The notes beneath the pieces are model-generated. The model ran no database searches, was not told where the DNA came from, and saw only the letters and a program-made list of their open reading frames with translations. Shown here piece by piece: positions 12,061 through 23,500 of a stretch of DNA of 64,000 bases. Within the stretch, counting starts at the first letter, position 1. Each line of letters begins with the position of its first letter. Source of the stretch: Octopus sinensis (taxonomy: Eukaryota); NCBI RefSeq assembly GCF_006345805.1, contig NC_043001.1, positions 23,994,001 to 24,058,000 on the forward strand, in the 5' to 3' direction. Position numbers and translations under genes: made by a program.

Positions 12061-13930
12061 TTTCTTTATTATAGGCACAAGGGCTGAATACAGAGGGGAC
12101 ATACACAAACATGCGGGAACAAAAAAAAACATATGAAAGAATGAATTACAATGAATTAAATTATAATGAATATGAGACGGTTTTCTCGGTCCCGCCCCGA
12201 GACGAAACCGTGATTTTTTTTTTGCAATTAGACGTTCTTACAGTTTTTTTCTTTTTTTCCCCTTTTATAGCTTGTTCTTTTTTTAGTCTTGTGCTTTTTT
12301 CGTATCGTTTTTTTTTCCTTTTTTCTTTATACATTTTAACAGTCTATTTTCCTCGTTTTTTTATGAAGTACATATTTTACTTACTTATTTTTAAATGTTC
12401 ATAAAAGGTTTCAAATCTTCTAATCCCACGACTGGTGGGAGCTCGTCAAAATCGACTTCAACCCCTAGCGAGTCTATGAAAAGTCCATATATCTCTCTCT
12501 TAATTTCAAAAATCTCTCTTTATCTATGACTATTCCTTTAGTGTATTCCGGGTATTTTTATGACCGCAGCTTTACTCTTATTACCGATTTATATTTTACA
12601 ATCGTTTTCTCTATTTCTTTACTTTTGGAATACGTGACCAAATGCCACTTATATCTCTTCCTCTTCACTTCTTCTTGCTTCGGCTCCCATCCTGATCTGT
12701 TCGGGCGTGGAGAAACATCATAACCAATTTTATGAACGCTTCCTTGTTCTCCCTGTTGTAATGCTGTTTTTTCCTGTGTGCCTTCTTTCACTACGGCTTC
12801 TGTTGGTACTTCTGTTGGTACTCCACACCTATTTCTCTTTTCTTTCGTAAAAATCTCTTTTAGCCTTTTTTGACTGTCTGGCGGAGAATTCACCCGTTCC
12901 TTTCTCTTCCTCGTGTTTACTACTGTGAAGGGTTTCTCCACTCTATCTGTCTCCTTTATTGGTACTACCTCTTCGGTATTGTTTTCTTCACTTTTCTTCT
13001 CCTCTTCATTTCCCTTCTCGGGACATCTTGCTTTCATGTGCCCTTTTTTGCCGCATAGGAAGCATGTTGGTGGCCTTCCTTCTACTGTTATTCGAAGTCT
13101 GGTTTCTTCCGGGAGTATTATTTCCCCCGTTATACTATGGAAGTCTTCCAAAGATATCTGCATGGTCACTTCGAGGCTATATCCCCACCTATTGGACTTT
13201 GGGGTCCTCGTTATCTTAAGGATCTCTATCCCATCCTTCATATCGTGCATTATAGCTACTACCAGCCATTCTTCCTCGATTTCGGGGGGCACTCGTCCAA
13301 CTCTCACTCTGGCAACGCGTTTGCCACAGTACGTCGGAAGTAGTATCTCCTTCGTTGTCCGTAACGGCTCCGTGGAGTGGTTTATGGCATCTTCTTCGTT
13401 GCCAAACCTTACTTCCACTGGGCCATACTTTTTTCCACGTCTATAAAATGTGGTCAACTGTTTCACATTTTCGAGGCATTCCTCTATTTTTCTGCTGGGG
13501 CTAACTCTATCTTGTTCGAGGACGTAGACAACGTTCTGTATACTACCGTCCACTTCGCTATGCTTTTCATCAGTTCTTCTGGGGGAGTCAGCTTTAGACT
13601 GTCTCCCTCCTTTTTGACAAATTTTCTTCCTTCCTCCCTCTTTCTTGTGTCAATTTCTATTTCCTGTACTTCCAGGGTGTTGGCATTTATTCCTTGTGTT
13701 GTTGTCGCTGCGTAACTTTATCTATTCTCCATCTCTCTTCCTTTCTTCACTTCTCCCGTAGATGGGGTTTATACAGGTGCAAACGAAACAGTGACTGAAA
13801 TCCAACAATTTACACAATCCGACGAAACTTGGTTCACCCGCGCGGGGAAACCCACAACAAACATACAATATCAGTGTATAACGATTCGAACTCACATCGA
13901 AGAAATCACTACCAACACCCATTAGTGACA
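12061..13930 (-). mobile_element. L1/Tx1-like non-LTR element with ORF1 and 3' UTR but no ORF2
   Basis: Putative 5' UTR ~13650-13930, ORF1, A-rich UTR ending aataaagaaa at 12061. No APE or RT motifs between ORF1 and the 3' end. 5' boundary approximate. Confidence 0.6.
12558..13553 (-). CDS. Gag-like ORF1 protein with CCHC zinc knuckle (L1/Tx1-like), frameshifted at both ends
   Basis: 331-aa ORF containing VEGRPPTCFLCGKKGHMKARCP (CX2CX4HX4C). An upstream frame (MKSIAKWTVVYRTL...) and downstream frames to ~12400 appear to continue it after frameshifts. Confidence 0.75.
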   Translation of the reverse strand: MDGSIQNVVYVLEQDRVSPSRKIEECLENVKQLTTFYRRGKKYGPVEVRFGNEEDAINHSTEPLRTTKEILLPTYCGKRVARVRVGRVPPEIEEEWLVVAIMHDMKDGIEILKITRTPKSNRWGYSLEVTMQISLEDFHSITGEIILPEETRLRITVEGRPPTCFLCGKKGHMKARCPEKGNEEEKKSEENNTEEVVPIKETDRVEKPFTVVNTRKRKERVNSPPDSQKRLKEIFTKEKRNRCGVPTEVPTEAVVKEGTQEKTALQQGEQGSVHKIGYDVSPRPNRSGWEPKQEEVKRKRYKWHLVTYSKSKEIEKTIVKYKSVIRVKLRS

Positions 13931-14056
13931 ATCACCGGTTGTCGATGAAATGTAGGTTCCCGTTGCAAATATATATCCTTTTTCCAGTGACGAAAAGTCA
14001 CTGATATCGAAAAAGTGTTATTGCTTATATATATATCTATATATTATATAACAATG

Positions 14057-14094
<38 letters not shown>

Positions 14095-14141
14095 CATTGT
14101 TATATAATATAACCTGCTGCACAATATAAAATGATTATATC

Positions 14142-14374
14142 TATTTCTTTACTACCCACAAGGAGTTAGACACAGAGGGGACAAACAGGGACAGACAAAC
14201 GGATTAAGTCGATTCCATCGACCCCAGTGCGTAACTGTTACTTAATATATCGACCCCGAAAGGATGAAAGGCAAAGTCGACCTCGGCAGAATTTGAACTA
14301 GGAACGCAGCGGCGGACGAAATACCCCTAAGCAGTTCGCCCGGCGTGCTAACGTTTCTGCCAGCTAACCGCCTT
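14142..14374 (-). mobile_element. tRNA-derived SINE family A, 15-bp TSD
   Basis: Central gcctttcatcctttcggggtcgata domain (resembles the Meta-type SINE domain); TSD taaaatgattatatc at 14127-14141 and 14375-14389. Confidence 0.9.
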
Positions 14375-14490
14375 TAAAATGATTATATCTTTAAAGAGAT
14401 TTGTTGTTTAGGTTCGAACAATTTGTGGAGATACTAAGTAAACCACAAAAGAAAAAAAAAACCAAAACAAAGTAGCAGTTTTATCTTGTA

Positions 14491-14528
14491 TTTCTATATT
14501 TCGGGTTTATGACCCCTTCTTCAGGACA
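14491..14528 (-). ncRNA. Slightly degenerate type I hammerhead motif
   Basis: Minus strand: tgtc-CTGAAGA-a gggg tcataaa ccc-GAAA-ta-TA-gaaa; one stem I mismatch. Confidence 0.55.
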
Positions 14529-14609
14529 CTTGGGAAAAGCGGTAGATGTGCAGGGGACGAAGGAGGAAGGGAGAGGAAAAAGGAACGTAACATGCACAGC
14601 CTGGTGTTA

Positions 14610-15420
14610 CTATAGCAAGTAATCTGTTTCGTGTAGTACCTTCCGGTTGTTAATGGCTGGTCTCAATTTGTTTATGAAGAGGACCTCCATGATTCTAAGA
14701 TTTCCCCTCTTGCGTTGGATGGCTTTGACAGCAACTTTAAAAATATTAATTTATAATAAAAGGTATATAATTTTTATTTACCTTTTTTATGGTTAGTGAA
14801 CGGCATTCTGCAATATCCATATAGATAGTAAAGAAGTATACATTCAGTATCTGAAGGTGGGTTCGAAGAGGATTCCATCACCTTCAGACCCTTCTGAAAT
14901 GTACGGAAATGAAGACACTATTATTACCTGCTAGCTTGTAAATATTTGTACAGGAACTTTAAAGGTGAAATATTAATGGGAATTGAGAAGTTAGCTTAAA
15001 GGAAGTCTTATTTATTTAGTTGTTTCCTAATTCTGACTGCTTTGAAGTACCGAACATTTTCATGGTAAGGAAGAACAATCTCAGAACCAGAAGATGTCCC
15101 TATGTCCCAGAGGGCAATGTCCATTAGATTTCTCACTTCAGACAGTTTTGGCTCTGCTGAAGTAACTTCCTCTTCCTCAATGTTTTATATGGTTCTTAAC
15201 ATACTTTAAAGATTCTCCTCAACTATTTCTTCATGAAGAAGGACTTGATAGCGAAGATTATCTTAATCAATTTTAAGCCTTTTCCAGATAGTAGATTTCA
15301 TTTGTTCTGTAGTTCCCAGCATTTAAAAATATATACTTAGAGTTATTTGTCTCAAATCCTTCAAAATGCAAATCAGTTCAGTTCTATTGTATCAAGCTTT
15401 TGCCAAAGAATTCTTTAACT
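14610..15420 (-). pseudogene. Penelope-like element ORF remnant (GIY-YIG C-terminus; RT/linker remnants upstream)
   Basis: 14610-14745 reads FKVAVKAIQRKRGNLRIMEVLFINKLRPAINNRKVLHETDYLL*, the PLE GIY-YIG L..(L/M)E..(F)I...P.(I/L)N end. An IVLPYHEN linker-like motif occurs near 15070. Confidence 0.7.
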
Positions 15421-15454
15421 CATTCTAAATAACTGCAAACATAAAGTAAACACA

Positions 15455-15625
15455 CCGATGCTGGTTTGTTTACGTCCGCGTAACTTAGCAGTTTGGCAAA
15501 AGACACCGACAGAATAAGTACTAGGCTTGCAAAGAATAAGTCCTGGGGTCGATTTGCTCGACTAAAGGTGATGCTCCAGCATGGCCACAGTCGAATGACT
15601 GAAACAAGTAAAAGAGTAAAAGAGA
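15455..15625 (+). mobile_element. SINE family B 3' part
   Basis: Matches the 3' half of 2593-3075. Confidence 0.8.
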
Positions 15626-15659
15626 CTGTTGACATAACTTACCCATTGTAATGCTCTTT

Positions 15660-16140
15660 TCTGAATCAATTGCACAAACGCATTTCCTGATTGTCTAAAA
15701 ATGGCACGTGTCATTCCAGTCTACAAAACAGGTGACTTTAACCTTGTAAGTAACTACAGACCTATATCTGTACTCTCTACTCTCTTAAAGATTCTTGAAA
15801 AGTTAATGCACAAGAGACTGCAGTCATTTCTCAGTCTTAACAAAATACTATCAAATCACCAATTTGGCTTTAGAGAAAACTTACGTACTTCTGATGCAAT
15901 CCTTGAATTTCTAGATCATGCCTACAGTTCACTAAACATCTCTAAATATTTCCTTGCATTTTACTTAGATATCAGTAAAGCATTCGATTCTGTATATTCA
16001 GATATATTGTTGGCCAAACTACCTAATGTCCTCAGCGCAAGTAAAGCAATTTCCCATGTAATATCAACAAGATGTCTCGGCATTCCTTTTGATGAGTCCC
16101 TCAGTTTCGAAACGCATATAAGTAATTTACTAAACAAAAT
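15660..16140 (+). pseudogene. CR1/L2-group LINE reverse transcriptase fragment with internal deletion
   Basis: FPDCLKMARVIPVYK...NYRPISVL...QFGFR...LDISKAFDSV, then jumps to LGIPFDESLSFETHI. Confidence 0.85.
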
Positions 16141-16164
16141 TCCTGTATTATTGGTATATTCTTT

Positions 16165-16545
16165 GATTCTTTTACTTGTTTCAGTCATTTGACTGCGGCC
16201 ATGCTGGAGCACCGCCTTTAGTCGAGCAAATCGACCCCAGGACTTATTCGTTGTAAGCCTAATACTTATTTTATCGGTCTCTTTTGCCGAACCACTAAGT
16301 TACGGGGACGTAATCACACCAGCATCGGTTGTCAAGCGATGTGGGGGGGGGGGGCAGATACACATACACACACACGTCCCCACATACACACATGATGGGC
16401 TTCTTTCAGTTTCCGTCTATCAAATCCACTCACAAGGCTTTGGTCGGCCCGAGGCTATAGTAGAAGACACTCGCCCAAGGAGCAACGTAGTGAGACTGAA
16501 CCCGAAACCATGTGGTTCGTAATAATGTGGGGTGGGGACGGTGCT
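16165..16545 (-). mobile_element. SINE family B
   Basis: Reverse complement of the family B consensus. Confidence 0.8.
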
Positions 16546-16997
16546 CGTGCATAACCGCAGCCGCATTCCTGAAACGTATAGAAAATAACTATGTATGTCT
16601 CTATATACATACATGCATAATACACACACACACGAACACACGCAAACACATTTTTTTAAAAAACACACAAACTCAGCTAATTGAAAATGGTCACACATCT
16701 ATTGTATTCTTGCAGTATATAGATCGGTAACTCAGTGTTCTGAGTTCAGATATAAAAGCAATAAATCTTTGCTTTTATTAGCAATAAAATAAACTACAGC
16801 AATTTATCGACTTCAGTTCTAAAACCTAATTGCAATACTTGTGGCCTACCTAGTATTTATTTTTGTCGCCGTCATCCTCGCAGATGTTTCTTCGCCCCAT
16901 TCCCAGTCATTACTTATTGAGTAGACCCATGATTAAAAATCTTCCAACCTTGATCATCGCGTCCTTTTGTATATATCAGACAACAATTGTCGATGCG

Positions 16998-17422
16998 GGA
17001 TCTTTTCGGTTTGACCGGCAGTTTTTTAAAATAACTTCCATGTAACTAAACACTTTTAAACTTCGTATACTGGTAGAATGTGTTTATAAAACATATTTTC
17101 CTCTTGGTCTTATAGAGAAAATTCTATGGTTTGTAAGGTATTTGTTGTTTTTTTTCTTCAATTTCTGCAATTTCAAACAATCAATGACGTCTATTGAGGT
17201 GAAAACATTCTGTGCCGTATGAATATGTCCCTCGTTTAAGAAACAGATTGGGTTTATTTACATTTGTGAAGAAAAAAGATACCCTTCCCACCACCCTAAC
17301 CCTAACTAACCCTCACCCTAAAACAGATTGAAATACAATAGATCGATACTAAGCTCATAATTATGGGTGACAATTTCATATGACACCGCTAGAAAAAACT
17401 ACCGTTCAAACCGAAAAGATCC
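16998..17422. mobile_element. MITE with GG-starting TIRs and 8-bp TSD (Merlin-like), internal CCCTAA repeats
   Basis: TIR ggatcttttcggtttga.../...tcaaaccgaaaagatcc; TSD tcgatgcg (16990-16997) / tcgatgtg (17423-17430). Confidence 0.75.
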
Positions 17423-17559
17423 TCGATGTGTCCTTCTTATTTAAAGACGATAGGGGATAATTTGTTGAAATGTGTTTGCTACTACTACAGCTGCATAGAG
17501 ACTACCTTACTGGTTAGAGTTCCTGTGGAATGGTTTAGGAAATAATGTATCTGTATGTT

Positions 17560-17680
17560 CGTGGCCCAGTGGTTAGGGTGTCGCACTCACGATTATAAGG
17601 TCATGGTTTCGATTCTCAGACCGGGCAGTACGTTATGTTCTTGAGTAAAACACTTCATTTTATGTTGCTCCAGTCCACTT
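17560..17680 (+). mobile_element. tRNA-derived SINE head with CORE-like segment
   Basis: gtggcccagtggttaggg...ggtttcgattctcagaccggg...ttgagtaaaacacttc; relatives at 10770-10870 (+) and 25770-25880 (-). Confidence 0.6.
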
Positions 17681-17764
17681 AGTTATAGATGGGTTCCGGC
17701 TATAACGGGGAGATAACCCTGTAACGGGTGTCCAGTTCAGGGGTGGAGTGTTGTGAGTTCTCTT

Positions 17765-17997
17765 TTATTTCTCTTTTACTTGTTTCAGTCATCTGACTGT
17801 GACCATGCTGGAGCACCACCTTTAGTCGAGCACATCGACCCCAGGACTTATTCTTTGGAAGTCTAGTACTTATTCTATCGGTCTATCTTGCCGAACCGCT
17901 AAGTTATGGGAACGTAAACACACCACCATCGTTTGTCAAGCGATGTTGGGGGAACAAACACAGACACACAAATACACACACACACACAGACAGACAG

Positions 17998-18031
<34 letters not shown>

Positions 18032-18041
18032 ACAGACACAG

Positions 18042-18072
<31 letters not shown>

Positions 18073-18245
18073 CATATATACGACAGTCTTATTTCGGTTT
18101 CCGTCAACCAAATCCACTCACAAGGCTTTGGTCGGCCCAAGGCTATGGTAAAAGACACTTGCCCAAGGTGTCATGCAGTGGGAATGAACCCGGAACCATG
18201 TGGTTGGTAAGCAAGCTATTTACCACGCAGCCACTCCTGTGCCTA
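17765..18245 (-). mobile_element. SINE family B, full length
   Basis: Reverse complement of the family B consensus with internal (CA)n(TA)n. Confidence 0.85.
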
Positions 18246-18329
18246 CTTAGAAGCCAGGGTCAAGTTCAGGTCGTATGGGACCTAGGGCTCTTGGCATACC
18301 AAACTAAGTAAAATTCATGAACGCAGCTT

Positions 18330-18735
18330 TAGACTGCGGCCATGCTTGGGCACTACCTTGAAGAATTTTTAGTCGAATAAATCGACCAAAGTAATTAATT
18401 TTTAAAATCTTGGTACTTATTCTATCAGACACTTTTTGCCGAACCGCTAAGTTACGGGCATGTAAACACAACAACATCAGTTGTCAGTAGTGGGGGACAA
18501 ACACAGACACAAAGAAATACATACACGTACACACACACACAAACATTATAAATATATATATATATATGTATATACAACGGGTTTCTTTCAGTTTCACCCT
18601 CCGAACCCACTCAAAGGTTTTTGTCAGCCTGGGGTTATAGTAGATCAGCCAAAAGTGCAACGTAGTGGAACTGAACCCAGAACTATGTAGCTGAAAAGCA
18701 ATTTTCTTGCCACCCGGCCATACCTGCGCCTACAG
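18330..18735 (-). mobile_element. Diverged SINE family B copy
   Basis: Alignable head, core and tail. Confidence 0.7.
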
Positions 18736-19076
18736 GACCTTGAAGAAGCTTACACTAACAGGAACAATTTATTTATAATAAAAATGAAGCACAACTAGAA
18801 AAAATATCGGAGCAACATGGCTATTTGAGCAAAGCCTCCAAAATCATTGAAGGAAGGAAATTAAATTTTAAGTTATTCGTATCTTCCTGTGGGAAAAGAC
18901 TTCCAGGGAGCATAAAATACGTGGGTCTTAATTACCTGGATACAAATATCTATTTCTTACTTTTTGGCAAAAGTCCACAAACTGAAAGGAAAGGATATAT
19001 ATTTACGCATGCGCCTACACACACATATATATTTACATACATAAATACATACATACATACACACACTCACACACGC

Positions 19077-19119
<43 letters not shown>

Positions 19120-19414
19120 CAGGTATAAGTTAGAGGTATTTATATATAAATATATACATATATATATACACATGTATATTTATACACATGTATATATTTA
19201 TATATACATTCATATATGTATGTATATATGCATATATATACATATTTATATATATACATATATACACTAAATGCAGCTATCCTATAGAGGATGATGTTAC
19301 ATTTGTTTTTAGTCCCAGGAAGACATCTCCTCCAGCTGGCCAACGTCACATAGTCTGTGTCCGATTAGTATTTGCGAGGGAGGTCATCACTCCCATCTCT
19401 AGCTTTACGTGATA

Positions 19415-19459
19415 CAGACAGACCCGAGTTTCTGGGTAGTTACCCTTCTTCAGTGTATG
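19415..19459 (-). ncRNA. Type I hammerhead motif (same pLTR family as 12002)
   Basis: Minus strand: cataca-CTGAAGA-a gggt aact accc a-GAAA-ctcggg-TC-tgtctg; flank cccagga.gaca.ctcctccagctgg shared with 11900-11925. Confidence 0.7.
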
Positions 19460-19503
19460 TTAATCACCAGCAAGTGATGAAGAACTGATTCCACTCGCAT
19501 ATA

Positions 19504-19540
<37 letters not shown>

Positions 19541-19611
19541 TATTTTATAGAAGGAGCTTCTACAGGACCAGAACTGTTTCATTCAAAAGAAATCATCAGG
19601 AAGCATCAGGC

Positions 19612-19660
19612 GCTTCCTGATGATTTCTTTTGAATGAAACAGTTCTGGTCCTGTAGAAGC
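19612..19660 (+). ncRNA. Type I hammerhead motif (mirrored on - strand in the left arm)
   Basis: gcttc-CTGATGA-t ttc tttt gaa t-GAAA-cag ttctggtc ctg-TA-gaagc; 5-bp stem I, 4-bp stem III, predicted cleavage after 19655. Confidence 0.7.
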
Positions 19661-19743
19661 TCCTTCTATAAAATAAATTAATTTACTCTGCTATGTGTTG
19701 AGTACCTTATTTACTGTGGTTAACCCCGACTCAACCCGGGACC

Positions 19744-19744
<1 letters not shown>

Positions 19745-19791
<47 letters not shown>

Positions 19792-19794
19792 TAT

Positions 19795-19869
<75 letters not shown>

Positions 19870-19928
19870 TATATATATATATATAATATATAAAATATAT
19901 ATATTATATATATATATATATATAAATA

Positions 19929-19968
<40 letters not shown>

Positions 19969-19990
19969 ATATATATATATTATATATATA

Positions 19991-20027
<37 letters not shown>
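19745..20027. repeat. (TA)n tract
   Basis: Direct inspection. Confidence 0.9.
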
Positions 20028-20030
<3 letters not shown>

Positions 20031-20162
20031 AATTGCTAAGAGGATCTGGTTCTTGACTGATGACTGAGGGCTTCGAATGTCCCATCCTGTGGTTCTTGTG
20101 TCGTCTCTGTGGTGTTTCATGTTCTTGTCCATGTCTGTAATTATTTTTACTGTTTACCTATA

Positions 20163-20219
<57 letters not shown>

Positions 20220-20328
20220 GATATAAATGAATTTGAGTTGCCTAATTTAATTTATATTTATACTGTGAAATTTAATTTAATCCTAAATCTAATTTTTCCC
20301 AGTAAATTTGGATATAATCCCTAATATT

Positions 20329-20378
<50 letters not shown>

Positions 20379-20546
20379 GAAATAAGGTACTCAGAAATTT
20401 TGATGGTTTTATATTTACAGATATTTATTAATATGTCACATGTTTTTATAAATCATATATTAGCGCTTGCGTCCATTGTAGTGGAGTCTTCAGACTGAAT
20501 CAGTTGACCTATTTATCAGTTGACCTATTTATCAGTTGACCTATAT

Positions 20547-20584
<38 letters not shown>

Positions 20585-20976
20585 GTGTGCTGGCGCACAG
20601 ATGCACATGTATATATAATTATATTATTTATATCTTTAACAAGTCTTAGCCACAATCAATCAATTAACTGTCACAAAATCATTAAATATTTCATTTACTA
20701 TATTTTCTTGCAGATTTTCCTTTGTTTCTTATTGTGCTTTGTATTCCTGGTCTAATTTTATTTTCGTCCGAATCAGCTGCTAAATTTAACATATATATCG
20801 ACCTGAAGGAAGCTAACTTCCGGGTGAATGTTCTCGCCATAGAAATTGGAACCAGACACCTTGTGGGCAAATCCGCTTCCGATCGAATGAAACTGCGAAT
20901 AACTTAAAATTTAATTTCCTTCCTTCAATGTTGCTCCGATATTTTTTCTAGTTGTGTGCTTCCTTTTTATTATAAA

Positions 20977-21374
20977 CTAGCAGTATCGCCCGTTGTTGCT
21001 CGGGTTTGTAAGGGAAATAACTATATAAGCATTTTTAGAGAGTTATAGCCAAAAAATAGCAAAAAAATGCATTAAAAATGGAAAAAAATGATGGTAATTT
21101 TTTTTTTAAATCGTTGACTCATCGTAGACATTTTTAGAGAGTTACTTCCCTTATATAATAGCGAAAAAAATGCATTAAAATGGAAAAAAATGATGGTAAT
21201 TTTTTTTTTAAATCGTAGACTCATCGTAGACGCGCGCTAATACCCAGAAGGGGTCGATATGAATCACGACTATAAGATACCCGGTTTTGGTTAAACTGCA
21301 CCGCAAAATGTGGGAGTAGTTAGGAATCTAAATCGTAGGAGACAGACACACAACTTGACTTTTATATATAAAGA
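20977..21374 (-). mobile_element. Non-autonomous Helitron
   Basis: Minus strand A|TC...hairpin...CTAG|T, no TSD. Confidence 0.8.
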
Positions 21375-22339
21375 TAAATTGTTCCTGTTAGTGTAAGCTT
21401 TTTCAAGGCAGGTATGGCTATGTGGCAAGAAATTTGCTTTTCAGCTACATAGTACTGGATTCAGTTCCACTACGTGGCACCTTAGGCAGTTCTTCTACTA
21501 TATAACCCCAGGCTCTGAGAAGAACAGGACCAAAGACATAAAGGATATATGAGAGACGAAGGAGATGTGTTTCATCTGGATCTGGTCGAGGAAGGACATA
21601 AACGATCGCCCTCCAAGCTGTTTACGCGCACAAGTCTCTGATATCCAAATGGCTAAAGAGTGTCAGCAGAAGAGCACTCAAGATTCATGATCTGGGTGTG
21701 TCTGGCCCCTATTAGAGTATAAGAAATTAGGGGTCCAAACACATCCCTGAGAAAGAGCTTCTTCTTTAAAGACCTTCAGTTGTTCAGCTCTCTTGAGAGT
21801 TTCTTACCATTATATCTGTGTAAATGTGTGTGTTAAGTGTTTTGTGTGTGTATGTGTGTGTGTGTGTGTGTGGGCGTGTGTGTGTATGTCTGCATGTGTG
21901 TATGTTTTTGTGTATGTGTGTGTATGTGTGTGTCTGTTTTTATCCATCACCACAACTTGACATTGGTGTTGGTATGTTTACGTCCCCGAAACGTAGCGGT
22001 TCGGCAAAATAAACCGATAGAATAAGTACCAAGCTTTAAAAGAATAAGTACTGGTGTCGATTCGATCGATTAAAATTCTTCAAGGCGATGCCCAGCATAG
22101 CTGCAGTCTAATGAGTGAAACCAGTACAAAGTAAAACATATACGCGTGAAAATAGGGGTTGTGCGATTGTGTGTGCGCGTGTGCCTGTGTGCTTGTATGT
22201 TTGTGTCTGTGCGTGTGTGCGTGTGTGAGCATCTGTGCATGAACTACTTTTAATTGTATTTGTTTGACAAGATAATTGATCTTACATCGAATGTTGGAAT
22301 TATTATTATAATTATTACCATTATTATTATTGAAGACAA

Positions 22340-22930
22340 GACGGCGTGCTGGCAGAATCGTTAGCACGCGGGGCGAAATGCTAAGCGGTATTTCGTCTGT
22401 CGTTACGTTCTGAGTTCAAATTCCACAGAGGTCGACTTTTCCTTTCATCCTTTCGGGGTCGATAAATTAAGTACCAGTTACACACTGGGGTCGATGTAAT
22501 CGACTTAATCCGTTTGTTTGTCCACTCTGTGTTTAGCCCCTTGTGGGTAGTAAAGAAATAGGTATTTCGTCTGCCGCTGTGCTCTGAGTTCAAATTCCAC
22601 CGAGGTAGACTTTGTCTTTAATCGTTTCGGGTTCGATAAAATAAGTACCAGTCGTGTACTGAGGTCGACGTAATTGACTGCCCCCTTCCCCAAACTTCAG
22701 GCCTTATGCCTGTAGTAGAAAGGATTATTATTAAGGCGGTGAACTGGCAGAATCGTTAGCATGCCGGGCAAAATACTTAGCAGTATTTCGTCTGTCTTTA
22801 CTTTTTGAGTTCAAATTCTGCCCAGGTCGACTTAGACTTTCGTCCCTTCGGGTTCGATAAAAAATAAGTACAAGTCAAGTACTGGGGTCGATGTCATCGA
22901 CTAGTCCTCTCCCCACAAATTTGTGCCTAT
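22340..22930 (+). mobile_element. Head-to-tail multimer of three SINE family A units
   Basis: Units start near 22340, 22561 and 22735; second unit begins at ggtatttcgtc. Confidence 0.85.
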
Positions 22931-22944
22931 TGTAGAAATTATTG

Positions 22945-22980
<36 letters not shown>

Positions 22981-23027
22981 TATTATTATCATTATTATTA
23001 TTAGTGATATTATATTTTAATATTTTA

Positions 23028-23086
<59 letters not shown>

Positions 23087-23500
23087 ATATATGTCAATAT
23101 ATATATATATACGTCATTAACTGTTAGACTCTTTCGTCACACATCTACGATATGATCTTAGATACCTTCCTTCTCTGCATCTGATAGAAGGCATTTACTG
23201 ATAACTTTTTATAGCCACTTCCTACAATACTGTTGAAGAAAGGATTTATGGGTGAAAGAAACTGAGAAAACAGAGAGGGTGGGGGAGAATGAGCATAGAT
23301 AAGTAAAAAGGGAACAGAAGAAAGATGCCAACCGAACAAAAGAACTTAAGAGACTATAAATATTTATCACAGAAACGTATCAGTTACCAGACCATATTAC
23401 ATTTAATGATACATACATACATACATACATACATACATACATACTACATACATACATACATACATACATACATGCATATATAATACATAAATACATACGC

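Noticed and set aside
12913-13446. 177-aa plus-strand ORF
   Set aside because: Antisense shadow of ORF1; no motif.
20028-20100. CTGATGA in a pLTR-like unit (also ctgaga at ~41790 and ~42670)
   Set aside because: No valid stem II plus GAAA arrangement.
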